From assembly GCA_051439605.1 (NCBI GenBank), contig JBFRWN010000078.1:1-15673 (forward strand): 15,673 nucleotides of DNA, given 5' to 3'. The position numbers and the translations under genes were made by a program. Below the pieces are notes generated by a model. It had not been told where the DNA came from, searched no databases, and worked only from the letters and a program-made list of their open reading frames with translations. Each line of letters begins with the position of its first letter. Position 1 is the stretch's first letter. This stretch comes from Synechococcus sp. (GTDB lineage Bacteria > Cyanobacteriota > Cyanobacteriia > Thermostichales > PCC-7336). Of this stretch, positions 6,640 to 15,673 are shown one piece after another.

Positions 6640-8301
6640 TCATTTAGACCGCTTGGCTGCCTGAATTTCTTCCTCAGCGAGCGATCGCGTCATCGCAAAA
6701 CTAAACTCTCCCCCTCCCACTTCGGTTAGCAGAAACTCCGTTAAATAGGGGGCATACTCGTCCGTATCGGCGATGTAGGTATGAAAGAAGACGGTGGCGG
6801 TGCCTTGCATGCCGGGATGGGCAAGTTGCGGATCGGGACCGATCAGTTCTTGAGGAAGGTTGAAGACTTCTTCACTGCTGTCCCCCGGCAGAAAAGAGAA
6901 ATGCGTTCCGTTATCAACCAACAGTAAGTAACGGTTCTCTGTTTGCAACCACGTGAACGGTACGAGCTGTTCGTCGACTGCCGGTGCAAAGAAGTCTTTC
7001 GTACCCGCTACCATCATGACCGGAACGTCGATTTGACTCAGTCCGTCGGGACCGAACACCGCGCTGTTGACGGGGTTGATCGCCAAAACGGCGGCGATAC
7101 GCTCGTCCTGGATCTCGTATGCTTCCTCAGGCACCAGCAACATCCGGCATTGCAGCAATAGAGATAGGTTGAAGGGAAGGATCGTTTGCTCGTCGTCGCT
7201 GCAAATCTCTCTAAGATAGTCGAAATCCAGTTGTGCTCCACCCGCTGCCAGTGCCGTGTAACCGCCCAACGATTGCCCGACAATGCCAACCCGATCCGTT
7301 CGGATGCTCCCCTGCCAAGCCGGGTTACTGGAGACGTCCTGTTCTAGGTAGTCCAGTAAGGCAGTGATGTCTTGAGGACGAAAAAGGCCGAGGCCGGGTT
7401 CGGGCTCCTCCGCAAATCCAGCAATGTACTGCTGAAATCGGTTGGCGGAACTGGAGGGATGTTCGACTGCCGCAACGGCAAACCCTTGCGAAGCCAGATG
7501 TTCGGCAAGATACGCAAACGTTTTGCGAGTGGAAGCCATTCCGTGAGAGATGACGATTAACGGAGCGGGCTCGTCAAGGTTCTGCGGCACGTACATATCG
7601 ACTAAGACGGTTTGCCCGGGGGGCCGGTTGGGGTTGGTTATTCGGATGGTGGACTGAGACCATTTAAATTCCCCCGGTTCCCGCGGATCGGGCAGCTCGG
7701 CCAGAAATGCCTCTACAGAGGTTACTCCGGTAGCTGCTTGGTCTTCGATATAGTCGAAGATGCGATTGCTGCCAACCAGGATGTCCTGCAGGTCGTTAGC
7801 TGCTTTGAGGACCGGATCGAGGTTAATGCGCAGATCGCGCAGCGGGTACTTGCGAATGGCATTGAGGATGGTCAGACCCTCCTCATCGTAAGAGGCCAAC
7901 ACTAACGCCGAGCGCAGCGCTTTGAAATTAGAATCGGGATTTCCCCCCCAAAACAGACCGTTGAGTCGCATTAACAGCGTTTCACCAACGGAGTCGTATA
8001 CAAACTTAGAGACGACTCTGGGCTCGACATTCAAAGGTTTTTGCAGTATCTCGCGCAACTCTGCAATCTGGTCATCAGTCAGTCTGTCCGCATACCATCG
8101 CAAGCTCCGAGGGATGTCTCCGGTTCGAACAAAGAAGTCCAAATCAGCAACATCAAGTGCCCGTTGAGCGCCACTGATGCGGACGCTGATTCTTTCTGCG
8201 GCGTTTGCGGGAGAAGAGAACGCCAATGCAGAGAGCAAACAACAGCTGATAGCACCGATACTTTTTCCGAGCCACCTGTTGTTCGTGAGGCCAAATGTCA
8301 T
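6640..8301 (-). CDS. Exported alpha/beta hydrolase with N-terminal DUF1400-like domain (cyanobacterial dienelactone hydrolase/PAF-AH-like family)
   Basis: Signal peptide ending SPANA-AERI; ALRSALVLA DUF1400-type segment; VISHG, nucleophile elbow GQSLGG, catalytic Asp/His candidates in GTKD and GTHFSF; SLLLQC motif of this family. Confidence 0.88.
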   Translation of the reverse strand: MTFGLTNNRWLGKSIGAISCCLLSALAFSSPANAAERISVRISGAQRALDVADLDFFVRTGDIPRSLRWYADRLTDDQIAELREILQKPLNVEPRVVSKFVYDSVGETLLMRLNGLFWGGNPDSNFKALRSALVLASYDEEGLTILNAIRKYPLRDLRINLDPVLKAANDLQDILVGSNRIFDYIEDQAATGVTSVEAFLAELPDPREPGEFKWSQSTIRITNPNRPPGQTVLVDMYVPQNLDEPAPLIVISHGMASTRKTFAYLAEHLASQGFAVAAVEHPSSSANRFQQYIAGFAEEPEPGLGLFRPQDITALLDYLEQDVSSNPAWQGSIRTDRVGIVGQSLGGYTALAAGGAQLDFDYLREICSDDEQTILPFNLSLLLQCRMLLVPEEAYEIQDERIAAVLAINPVNSAVFGPDGLSQIDVPVMMVAGTKDFFAPAVDEQLVPFTWLQTENRYLLLVDNGTHFSFLPGDSSEEVFNLPQELIGPDPQLAHPGMQGTATVFFHTYIADTDEYAPYLTEFLLTEVGGGEFSFAMTRSLAEEEIQAAKRSK

Positions 8302-8349
8302 TTCGAAGTACCAAACATTTGAGTGCGACTATTTTATGAAAAATCATTT

Positions 8350-8375
8350 ATGCTTCAAATGCTTCGGCATGCTTC
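8350..8375. repeat. Three ATGCTTC heptamers at about one-helical-turn spacing in a divergent intergenic region
   Basis: Copies start at 8350, 8359 and 8369; degenerate copies at 8379 (ATGCC), 8394 (ATGCTG) and 8401 (GTGCTTC). Confidence 0.6.
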
Positions 8376-8469
8376 TTAATGCCACTTATCAACATGCTGA
8401 GTGCTTCGCGAAACCAGCTGACTTTTTCAGGAGCAGCGGATCGCTGCAACGATTGTTCCACCCGATGCT

Positions 8470-8478
8470 TGGTAGCCT
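8470..8478 (+). promoter_or_regulatory. Possible extended -10 promoter for rsmI
   Basis: TG-G-TAGCCT, 27 nt upstream of ATG 8506; motif match only. Confidence 0.3.
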
Positions 8479-8505
8479 GACTCCTCACACTCGTTATCTA
8501 GCTGT

Positions 8506-9360
8506 ATGACTGTTGACCCCGGAAGCCTCTATCTTGTCGGCACCCCCATTGGTAACCGAGAAGACCTGTCTCCCCGATCGCTCCGTATCCTGTCCGAAGT
8601 GGATTGCATTGCCGCAGAAGATACCCGCCATTCCGGTCAGCTGTTGAAGCACTTTGGGATTTCGACCCCCCAGGTGAGCTATCACACCCACAATATCGCT
8701 CGCCGGACCCCCGAACTGGTAGCTCGGCTTTCAGCAGGAGAGGCGATCGCTCTCATCTGCGATGCCGGTATGCCCGGAATCTCCGATCCTGGCATTGAAT
8801 TGGTGCAGGCCTGCGCTGCAGCCCAAATCCCGATTGTCCCGATTCCAGGGCCGACCGCCATGATTTGCGCTGTCGTTGCTTCGGGGTTGCCCGCTCGCCG
8901 GTTTGTATTTGAAGGTTTCCTTCCCTCCTCCAAAAGAGAGCGGGAAAGTGTCCTGCAGGCGATCGCCACCGAACAACGAACGATCGTTTTTTACGAAGCT
9001 CCCCACCGCCTCCTTCGCACCCTCAAAGACTTGCTGGGATACGTTGATGGAGAACGCGCCATCGTATTGGGGCGTGAATTAACGAAACGTTACGAGGAAT
9101 TCTGGCGGGGAACGGTGGCTGGTGCACTGGCAGAATTTCAGGAGCGATCGCCTAAAGGAGAATTCACTATCGTGCTGGCAGGGGCACAGCCGCAGCAAAC
9201 AGAATTATCGCAGGAGGAGGTTTTGGAGCAATTGCAATACTTGATGAACGAAGGATTATCGCGTTCCCAGGCAGCTAAGCAGATAGCGAGACAAACGGGG
9301 GGCGATCGGCGGGCGATCTATCGAATGTCCCTTGCTTTTGAAGAGGGCACGATCGGCTAG
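8506..9360 (+). CDS. rsmI: 16S rRNA (cytidine1402-2'-O)-methyltransferase
   Basis: LYLVGTPIGNREDLSPR, AAEDTRHS, DAGMPGISDPG, FEGFLP, FYEAPHRL, RELTKRYEE, KGEFT. Confidence 0.96.
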   Translation: MTVDPGSLYLVGTPIGNREDLSPRSLRILSEVDCIAAEDTRHSGQLLKHFGISTPQVSYHTHNIARRTPELVARLSAGEAIALICDAGMPGISDPGIELVQACAAAQIPIVPIPGPTAMICAVVASGLPARRFVFEGFLPSSKRERESVLQAIATEQRTIVFYEAPHRLLRTLKDLLGYVDGERAIVLGRELTKRYEEFWRGTVAGALAEFQERSPKGEFTIVLAGAQPQQTELSQEEVLEQLQYLMNEGLSRSQAAKQIARQTGGDRRAIYRMSLAFEEGTIG

Positions 9361-9475
9361 GGATTATTGTTACTGCTGGATATCATCGTTGGTTGGTGAA
9401 GAACGATCGCAACCGCGCTGTAAAGCCACCAAGTAAAGATAGGATAAGTAGGCATTTTGGCCGTTACGTCATTAA

Positions 9476-10480
<1,005 letters not shown>

Positions 10481-10513
10481 CGCTCGCCTCTGGCTGTGTC
10501 TGTATTAAACATT

Positions 10514-10543
10514 CGCTCCCTCGTCCTATCGAGGGGGCGTTTT
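10514..10543 (+). terminator. Intrinsic terminator of hemB
   Basis: CGCTCCCTCG-TCCTAT-CGAGGGGGCG (10 bp with one G-U) followed by TTTT. Confidence 0.8.
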
Positions 10544-10618
10544 GTGATTAAAAGGCTTGGTCATGGATTGGGATAGCTAAAATGTCCTCAGCGACTTGAC
10601 GGTCGCTATAGCTGCACG

Positions 10619-11644
10619 TTAATCATCCAAGCGGCCCCACCGGAAGGCGATCGCCCCCCAAGTCAGACCAGCCCCAAACCCAGCCGCCAATCCTATTTTC
10701 CCCGTCTGTAACTTGCCAGACTCCACCCAGTCGGCCAACGCTAGCGGAATTGAGGCAGCTGAAGTGTTTCCGAACCGGTCAATGATGCTGGCAAATTGTT
10801 CGTTGGGGGTTTTGAGACGATTGGCGATCGCATCGATAATTCGCTGATTGGCCTGGTGCAAGAAATAGCCGTCCACATCACTGGCCTTTAGACCAGCGTG
10901 AAACAACGTTTTTTCAATGACTTCCGGTACTTCGCGCACCGCAAACTTATAGACTTCGCGTCCGTTCATCGCAATGAATTGGTTGCGGTACTGACCCACC
11001 GAAATCGTGTCCGTTAGCTTTACCGCTTCCGAGTGGTTTTCGAGGGTGAGTAGATCGCTGCCGGTCCCATCCGAACGCAGTTCCATGCCTAGCAACCCCG
11101 GAGTTTTACCCGCTTCCAGGACTACAGCCCCAGCGCCATCCCCGAATAACACGCAGGTGCGGCGATCGCTCCAATCCACCGTGCGGGACAGGACATCAGC
11201 CGCCACAATCAGGGCGCGACGATAAACCCCCGTCTGTAAAAACTGGGCAGCTGTCGCTACTGCATAAACAAACCCCGTGCATGCTGCCGTCAAGTCAAAC
11301 GCTACCGCTCGCTTGGCCCCCAACCGCCCCTGAATGGCACCGGCAGCCCCAAACCGCTCGCAGCTGGTGGAGGTGGCTAGCACAATCAAGTCAATATCTA
11401 GCGGATCCAAGCCAGCTTGCATTAGTGCAGCCTGAGCTGCTTCGGCCCCCAAATCCACAATGGAGCGCTCGGGTTCCAGAATGCGGCGCTCGCGGATACC
11501 AGTGCGGGGGCGTATCCACTCATCTGAAGTATCGACAACCTTGCCGAGGTCGTCATTGGTAAGCACCGCGTCGGGTACCGCCGTAGCAACGCTAACCATC
11601 TGAACGGCATGCAACAGATTCGGTGAAGAGGAATCAACAATCAC
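10619..11644 (-). CDS. fabH: Beta-ketoacyl-ACP synthase III
   Basis: DTSDEWI..RTGI.ERR, catalytic AACTGF, LFGDGAGA, MNGREVYKFAV, HQANQRI, GNTSAASIPL, GFGAGLTWG; downstream of plsX. Exact start uncertain. Confidence 0.96.
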   Translation of the reverse strand: MIVDSSSPNLLHAVQMVSVATAVPDAVLTNDDLGKVVDTSDEWIRPRTGIRERRILEPERSIVDLGAEAAQAALMQAGLDPLDIDLIVLATSTSCERFGAAGAIQGRLGAKRAVAFDLTAACTGFVYAVATAAQFLQTGVYRRALIVAADVLSRTVDWSDRRTCVLFGDGAGAVVLEAGKTPGLLGMELRSDGTGSDLLTLENHSEAVKLTDTISVGQYRNQFIAMNGREVYKFAVREVPEVIEKTLFHAGLKASDVDGYFLHQANQRIIDAIANRLKTPNEQFASIIDRFGNTSAASIPLALADWVESGKLQTGKIGLAAGFGAGLTWGAIAFRWGRLDD

Positions 11645-11707
11645 AGTCGTGTAACTAAGAGGGGCTTCATTTCAAGGAAAAACTTTTGCTGGTTTAAACG
11701 CATTGTC

Positions 11708-12781
11708 TTAGATGGGAGGCAGCTCCATACCGTTTCCGGAAGCAACCGCTTCCAACGCGCGCTGAGCAGCTTCGCTGCGCTCGATATCCGCTTGGGCTGC
11801 AAGTACTTCAGTGTGAACGCGATCGATTACGTTTGCTTCAGCAGCTTCTTTTGCCAGTCGAATGGCGTTACATACCATTGGCGCTCTAGAACTACCGTGG
11901 GTAATAATGCAAACCCCATTCACCCCCAGCAAAAGACCGCCACCATATTCGGCATAGTCCATGCGGCGCTTAACGCTTTTGAGATTAGGGCGCAGTATTG
12001 TGGCCCCAAGTTTTCCATGCCAACCTTTGGGTAATTCCTCTCGCAAAATTTGCGTAGCCACCATGCCCACACTTTCGGCAAACTTCAGCAGGATATTCCC
12101 CACAAAGCCATCGCAAACCACAACGTCAAAGTCTCCAGTCAAGACGTCGCGACCTTCGGCGTTCCCCGTAAAGTTGATGTGGCTGACGTTGGACAAATGT
12201 TTGTAGGCGGTGATCACCTGATCGTTGCCCTTACTAGATTCTTCTCCAATATTCAACAGTCCCACCTTCGGGTCTTCTACCCCCAGCACGTATTGGCTGT
12301 AGATAGAGCCCATGATGGCAAATTGTTCTAAATAGATGGGTTTGGCATCGACGTTAGCCCCCACGTCCAGAAGCATGACAGGCTTTTGTATCAATGTGGG
12401 CATCAATGCTGCGATCGCTGGACGGTCGATACCTGGAATGCGTCCCAATCTCAGTAGCGCTGCTGCCATCGCAGCACCGGTATTGCCTGCTGCTACTGCA
12501 GCTTCCGCACGACCTTCCCTCACCATATCCATGGTGATGCGGATTGAGGCTTTACGCTTGCGCCGAATGGCGACGGCAGGCTCTTCCCCCATACCAATTT
12601 CATCTTCTGCCTCTTGGATGGTGATTCCGGTGGGCAGCTGAGAAGGTAGGTGGGGATGAATCGCATCAGGTCTGCCCACCAAAATGACATCTACGCCGTA
12701 CTGGCTGTGGGCTAGCAAAGCTCCTTTAACTATTTCGGCGGGAGCGTAATCGCCTCCCATGGCGTCGACGGCAATGCGCAC
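11708..12781 (-). CDS. plsX: Phosphate acyltransferase PlsX
   Basis: RIAVDAMGGDYAP, AGNTGA, IDRPAI, LDVGANVD, LLNIGEE..KG, VVVCDGFVGNILLK, HGSS; GTG start with GAGGA 7 nt upstream. Confidence 0.97.
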   Translation of the reverse strand: MRIAVDAMGGDYAPAEIVKGALLAHSQYGVDVILVGRPDAIHPHLPSQLPTGITIQEAEDEIGMGEEPAVAIRRKRKASIRITMDMVREGRAEAAVAAGNTGAAMAAALLRLGRIPGIDRPAIAALMPTLIQKPVMLLDVGANVDAKPIYLEQFAIMGSIYSQYVLGVEDPKVGLLNIGEESSKGNDQVITAYKHLSNVSHINFTGNAEGRDVLTGDFDVVVCDGFVGNILLKFAESVGMVATQILREELPKGWHGKLGATILRPNLKSVKRRMDYAEYGGGLLLGVNGVCIITHGSSRAPMVCNAIRLAKEAAEANVIDRVHTEVLAAQADIERSEAAQRALEAVASGNGMELPPI

Positions 12782-12836
12782 CCGCTATTCCTCGCAGTGT
12801 TTGACTGTTCGCATAACTTAAAACGTCATCACCCAG

Positions 12837-12845
12837 ATCGTATCA
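12837..12845 (-). promoter_or_regulatory. Possible extended -10 promoter for plsX-fabH
   Basis: Minus strand TG-A-TACGAT, about 55 nt upstream of the plsX start; motif match only. Confidence 0.35.
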
Positions 12846-13121
12846 GACTGTGACATTCCGATGGCTTCCTGGTTGCACCGACAAGTTAAATCTTGGCTGA
12901 AACCAAGTTTCGCCAGCACTCCTACGCGAGGGGGGCTCGGCCTGCGATCGACGGCAACAAGAATAGCGAAAACAACGGTTTATCTCTGTTAGACTTTGCT
13001 TCCTTTCGACTTATAGGGCGATCGAGCAGTCATTGCATTTGATGAAGGTTGCTTCGTCGAGGCCTTTTGGGCAGAGACTTTCTTCGATAACGACTTCTTT
13101 TGCAGAAGAGACCACCGCAGC

Positions 13122-13253
13122 TTACCGGCGGCGGCGGCGATCGCGCCAATCAGACACCGTCAGATAGCCAACCCCAAGAGTTACCCCCCCTAAGAGAAGC
13201 AGAAGCAGGCCAAATGCGACCTGCTGAACTAACACTGGAATGGATTCAGACAC
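13122..13253 (-). CDS. 43-aa single-pass membrane protein with basic C-terminal tail, function unknown
   Basis: GTG start behind TAGGTAAG; MSESIPVLVQQVAFGLLLLLLGGVTLGVGYLTVSDWRDRRRRR*; one hydrophobic helix followed by a positive-inside Arg run; 38 nt downstream of petN on the same strand. Not in the ORF track. Confidence 0.7.
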   Translation of the reverse strand: MSESIPVLVQQVAFGLLLLLLGGVTLGVGYLTVSDWRDRRRRR

Positions 13254-13291
13254 CTAAACTTACCTAAATCTCGGTTTCAAAGGAGAGGGGA

Positions 13292-13381
13292 TTACATGCC
13301 GCCTCGTCCCCAGACAACGAAAGACAGGGAGAAGACGAAAAATGCCAGAACTGCAGTCCAGCCGAGGGTAACGATATCCAT
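13292..13381 (-). CDS. petN: Cytochrome b6f complex subunit VIII
   Basis: Manual translation [29 protein letters not shown] (29 aa) matches the PetN pattern MDIxxLxW...FxFSLSxVVWGRxG and its canonical length. Not in the ORF track. Confidence 0.96.
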   Translation of the reverse strand: MDIVTLGWTAVLAFFVFSLSFVVWGRGGM

Positions 13382-13411
13382 AGTTTTATTAATCCAATCT
13401 CTCAGACGAAT

Positions 13412-14257
13412 TTAGTGTAAGGCATTTTGAGAGTCGTTCTGAAGGTGAAGTTGGGTGTTGCAATCGTGCCTGTGGGTGAGGGAATGGGGGCATTCCAGAC
13501 CGTGGCGGTCCATAACCTCGGGATTGGCCATCACCTGACGAGCTGGACCATCTGCAACCACCCTGCCCGAATCCAAAACAATGACGCGATCGCATACCTC
13601 TAACACCAGTTCCAGATCGTGGGATGCCAGCATTAGAGTCAGGGACATGTCGTTCAGGAAGTGAATTAAGCGACGGCGAGAGCGAATATCCAGATTAGCG
13701 CTGGGCTCGTCGAAGATCGCTAGTCGGGGCTGCATGGCCAAAATGCCAGCGATCGCCACCATCCGCTTTTGACCCCCCGACAAGTGATGGGGCACGCGAT
13801 CGGCCAAGACCTCTGTCCCAGTGACCTGCAACACTTGCTCGACGCGGCGGCTAACTTCCTCAGGGGGAAGTCCCATATTCTGGGGACCAAATGCGATGTC
13901 ATCCCGCACGCAGGCGGAAAACAATTGATCGTCGGGATATTGAAATACTAATCCTACTTCTGGATAAAACTGACCCGGCTGGACGGAACGCTCGAATAGT
14001 TCGATCCGTCCAGCTGTCGGAGCCAAAACCCCACAAATTGAATGGAACAGTGTGGTTTTGCCGACGCCATTGCTGCCAACGACCCCAACGCGCTCGCCTT
14101 CGTACACCGTAAAATCTAGATGGCTTAGCACCGGCCGACCATCCGCATAGCAGTGGCACAGGTCCTGCACTGACAGAGCCACTGCTTGTTCGGAGATCCG
14201 ATCGCGCATTGGCGAGACATCGGAGAAGAGATTGGGGCGGGGGGAAAGTGCAGTCAT
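13412..14257 (-). CDS. cbiO: Co/Ni ECF transporter ATPase component
   Basis: Walker A GSNGVGKTT, Q-loop VFQYPDDQLF, DIAFGPQN, signature LSGGQKRMVAIAG, Walker B FDEPSANLD, ASHDL. Confidence 0.92.
   Translation of the reverse strand: MTALSPRPNLFSDVSPMRDRISEQAVALSVQDLCHCYADGRPVLSHLDFTVYEGERVGVVGSNGVGKTTLFHSICGVLAPTAGRIELFERSVQPGQFYPEVGLVFQYPDDQLFSACVRDDIAFGPQNMGLPPEEVSRRVEQVLQVTGTEVLADRVPHHLSGGQKRMVAIAGILAMQPRLAIFDEPSANLDIRSRRRLIHFLNDMSLTLMLASHDLELVLEVCDRVIVLDSGRVVADGPARQVMANPEVMDRHGLECPHSLTHRHDCNTQLHLQNDSQNALH
13414..13443 (-). promoter_or_regulatory. Possible petN promoter inside the cbiO 3' end
   Basis: Minus strand TTCAGA-N18-TACACT; the -10 overlaps the last cbiO codons, 32 nt upstream of the petN ATG. 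Confidence 0.35.
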
Positions 14258-14346
14258 GGCAAAAAGCGAGATCCCGTTACAGCTTTGGAAAAGGGGGAGG
14301 AATTGGTTTTAAACGGTACGGTCGGGGGTCATATTAAGCCGCCTTA

Positions 14347-15129
14347 TCAAGTCACCCACGAATATCGGCCAATCAATTCAGCCAGAATCAAACAAGCAGC
14401 GATTGTTAGGGAAGCCAGCGTTCCCCATACATGCATTCTCGTGGGCCAATCCTGCACGCTGGCTGACACCGATTGACCGTAGCCGCGCAAGCGCATGGCA
14501 CAGTAAACCCGTTCTGATTGGTCGTAGCTGCGCACCAGAAGGCTGCCAACCAACGAGGCTAAAATCGGCAGTTGCGATCGCCGCAGTCGAGCGATCTGCA
14601 ACCCGCGCAATCGCAGAGCAGTTTGCATCCGGTCCAGGGTAATGCCCAAGTCGTAGAGATAGCGGTAGGTCAGCAGCATCATGTCTGCCAAGATGGCAGG
14701 CAACCCCAAGGAACGTGCGGCAGTAATGAGGGTAGAAAAGGGGGTAGTGCCGAACAAGACCAACCCTATCGTCAGAATTGAGAGGATGCGAGCGGCGATT
14801 TGCAGCAGGGCCAACACGCCTTCTTGATAGATGGCGATGGGGCCGAGACGCAGCCATTCCACCTCTCCCCCAGCGAAGGGGAGAAACAAGGCGATCGCAA
14901 ACAGCAATCGACCGGGCCAGCGCAGGCGATCGCGCCAGAAGTGGTAGGGCAAATTGGAGACCCAGTAGATGACACCGCTGAGTAGCAGGAGCATGGGCAG
15001 CAGCACCAGCTGTTGAACGCAGGCAAAGGACAACACGATCGCAAACAGTCCAATCAACTTGGCGCGGGGATCCCAACTATGCATGAGGGAATCGAGATGG
15101 CTGTAGGTATCGATCGCGATGGATTTCAT
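14347..15129 (-). CDS. cbiQ: Co/Ni ECF transporter transmembrane T component
   Basis: HSWDPRAKL, LTYRYL, ALRLRG, LLVRSYDQSERVYCAMRLRGY (two xRG motifs); lies between cbiM and cbiO. Confidence 0.92.
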   Translation of the reverse strand: MKSIAIDTYSHLDSLMHSWDPRAKLIGLFAIVLSFACVQQLVLLPMLLLLSGVIYWVSNLPYHFWRDRLRWPGRLLFAIALFLPFAGGEVEWLRLGPIAIYQEGVLALLQIAARILSILTIGLVLFGTTPFSTLITAARSLGLPAILADMMLLTYRYLYDLGITLDRMQTALRLRGLQIARLRRSQLPILASLVGSLLVRSYDQSERVYCAMRLRGYGQSVSASVQDWPTRMHVWGTLASLTIAACLILAELIGRYSWVT

Positions 15130-15137
15130 GCTGCGCT

Positions 15138-15673
15138 CTACTGACTCATTCTTCTGATAGCTTTTCCAAATTCTTTTGGCTGTTCTAGCAGCTCGGGTTT
15201 CACCTGCTTTAGAAACAGCACGATTGCGGCGGTGACAGCCCCCTCCAGTAGCGCCACTGGCAGGTGGGCCAGGGTCAATCCCCAGATAGCCAACCGCTCG
15301 GTTTGGGCATCCATATTGGCCGGGATTGCGACCACCAGCAGAAGACAGAAAAGAAGTGCGGAGAGAATCAGACCGCTAGCTCCAGCCACCCCCGCTATTA
15401 CACCTGTTATCCAAGGGGTTTGGGGCAGTCGGGGCTGCAATTTAAATATTTGGGCGGCGATTAGGGCCGGGATGCCAATGATGACGGCATTCACCCCCAG
15501 CGTGGAGATGCCCCCGTGCTGGAACAGCACCGACTGAAACAATAGCCCAATGGCGATCGCCGGAAAGGCAAACGGCCCCAGCATCACCCCCAACAAGCCA
15601 TTCAGGATGAGATGAACGCTGGCGGGGGGAATGGGAATGTGAATCCAGGAGGCCACAAAAAATGCTGCGGTCA
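15138..15673 (-). CDS. cbiM: Co/Ni ECF transporter substrate-capture component (CbiM/NikM), 5' end outside the window
   Basis: Frame open to the window edge: TAAFFVASWIHIPIPPASVHLILNGLLGVMLG, LLFQSVLFQHGGISTLGVN, HLPVALLEGAVT. Co versus Ni specificity cannot be determined here. Confidence 0.9.
   Translation of the reverse strand, partial: TAAFFVASWIHIPIPPASVHLILNGLLGVMLGPFAFPAIAIGLLFQSVLFQHGGISTLGVNAVIIGIPALIAAQIFKLQPRLPQTPWITGVIAGVAGASGLILSALLFCLLLVVAIPANMDAQTERLAIWGLTLAHLPVALLEGAVTAAIVLFLKQVKPELLEQPKEFGKAIRRMSQ

Noticed and set aside
8460..8520. A canonical Yfr1 sRNA gene on the + strand
   Set aside because: The 11-mer lacks Yfr1's flanking 5' stem and 3' terminator and runs into the rsmI start 15 nt later; kept only as a motif finding.
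12892..12907. CTTGG-CTGAAA-CCAAG hairpin as terminator of the petN transcript
   Set aside because: Short stem without a convincing U-tract; too weak to call.
14378..15076. 232-aa alternate-frame ORF inside cbiQ
   Set aside because: Arg/Ala/Pro-rich frameshifted shadow of a GC-rich hydrophobic gene with no independent signals.

Overview
Cyanobacterial chromosomal window: at least 18 GCGATCGC HIP1 octamers counted by eye, plus petN. Left end: the 5' part of a large repetitive surface protein on the minus strand (ATG 1753, open to the window edge, missing from the ORF track), built from a 729-bp unit of Ig-like plus carbohydrate-binding-like modules. Next is a 1.46-kb AT-rich spacer with an orphan intrinsic terminator (candidate sRNA) and a glycerophosphodiester phosphodiesterase-CYTH gene pair. 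The rest is mostly core metabolism: pckA, a DUF1400-type alpha/beta hydrolase, rsmI, hemB, fabH, plsX and a cbiM(partial)-cbiQ-cbiO Co/Ni ECF transporter. Two small genes below the ORF cutoff lie between plsX and cbiO: petN (cytochrome b6f subunit VIII) and a 43-aa single-helix protein with a poly-Arg tail. The best leads are the Ig/CBM repeat protein, the petN-linked microprotein, the orphan-terminator sRNA candidate and a Yfr1/Yfr2-type 11-mer with an adjacent hairpin upstream of rsmI. No mobile element, CRISPR array, tRNA or rRNA was seen.
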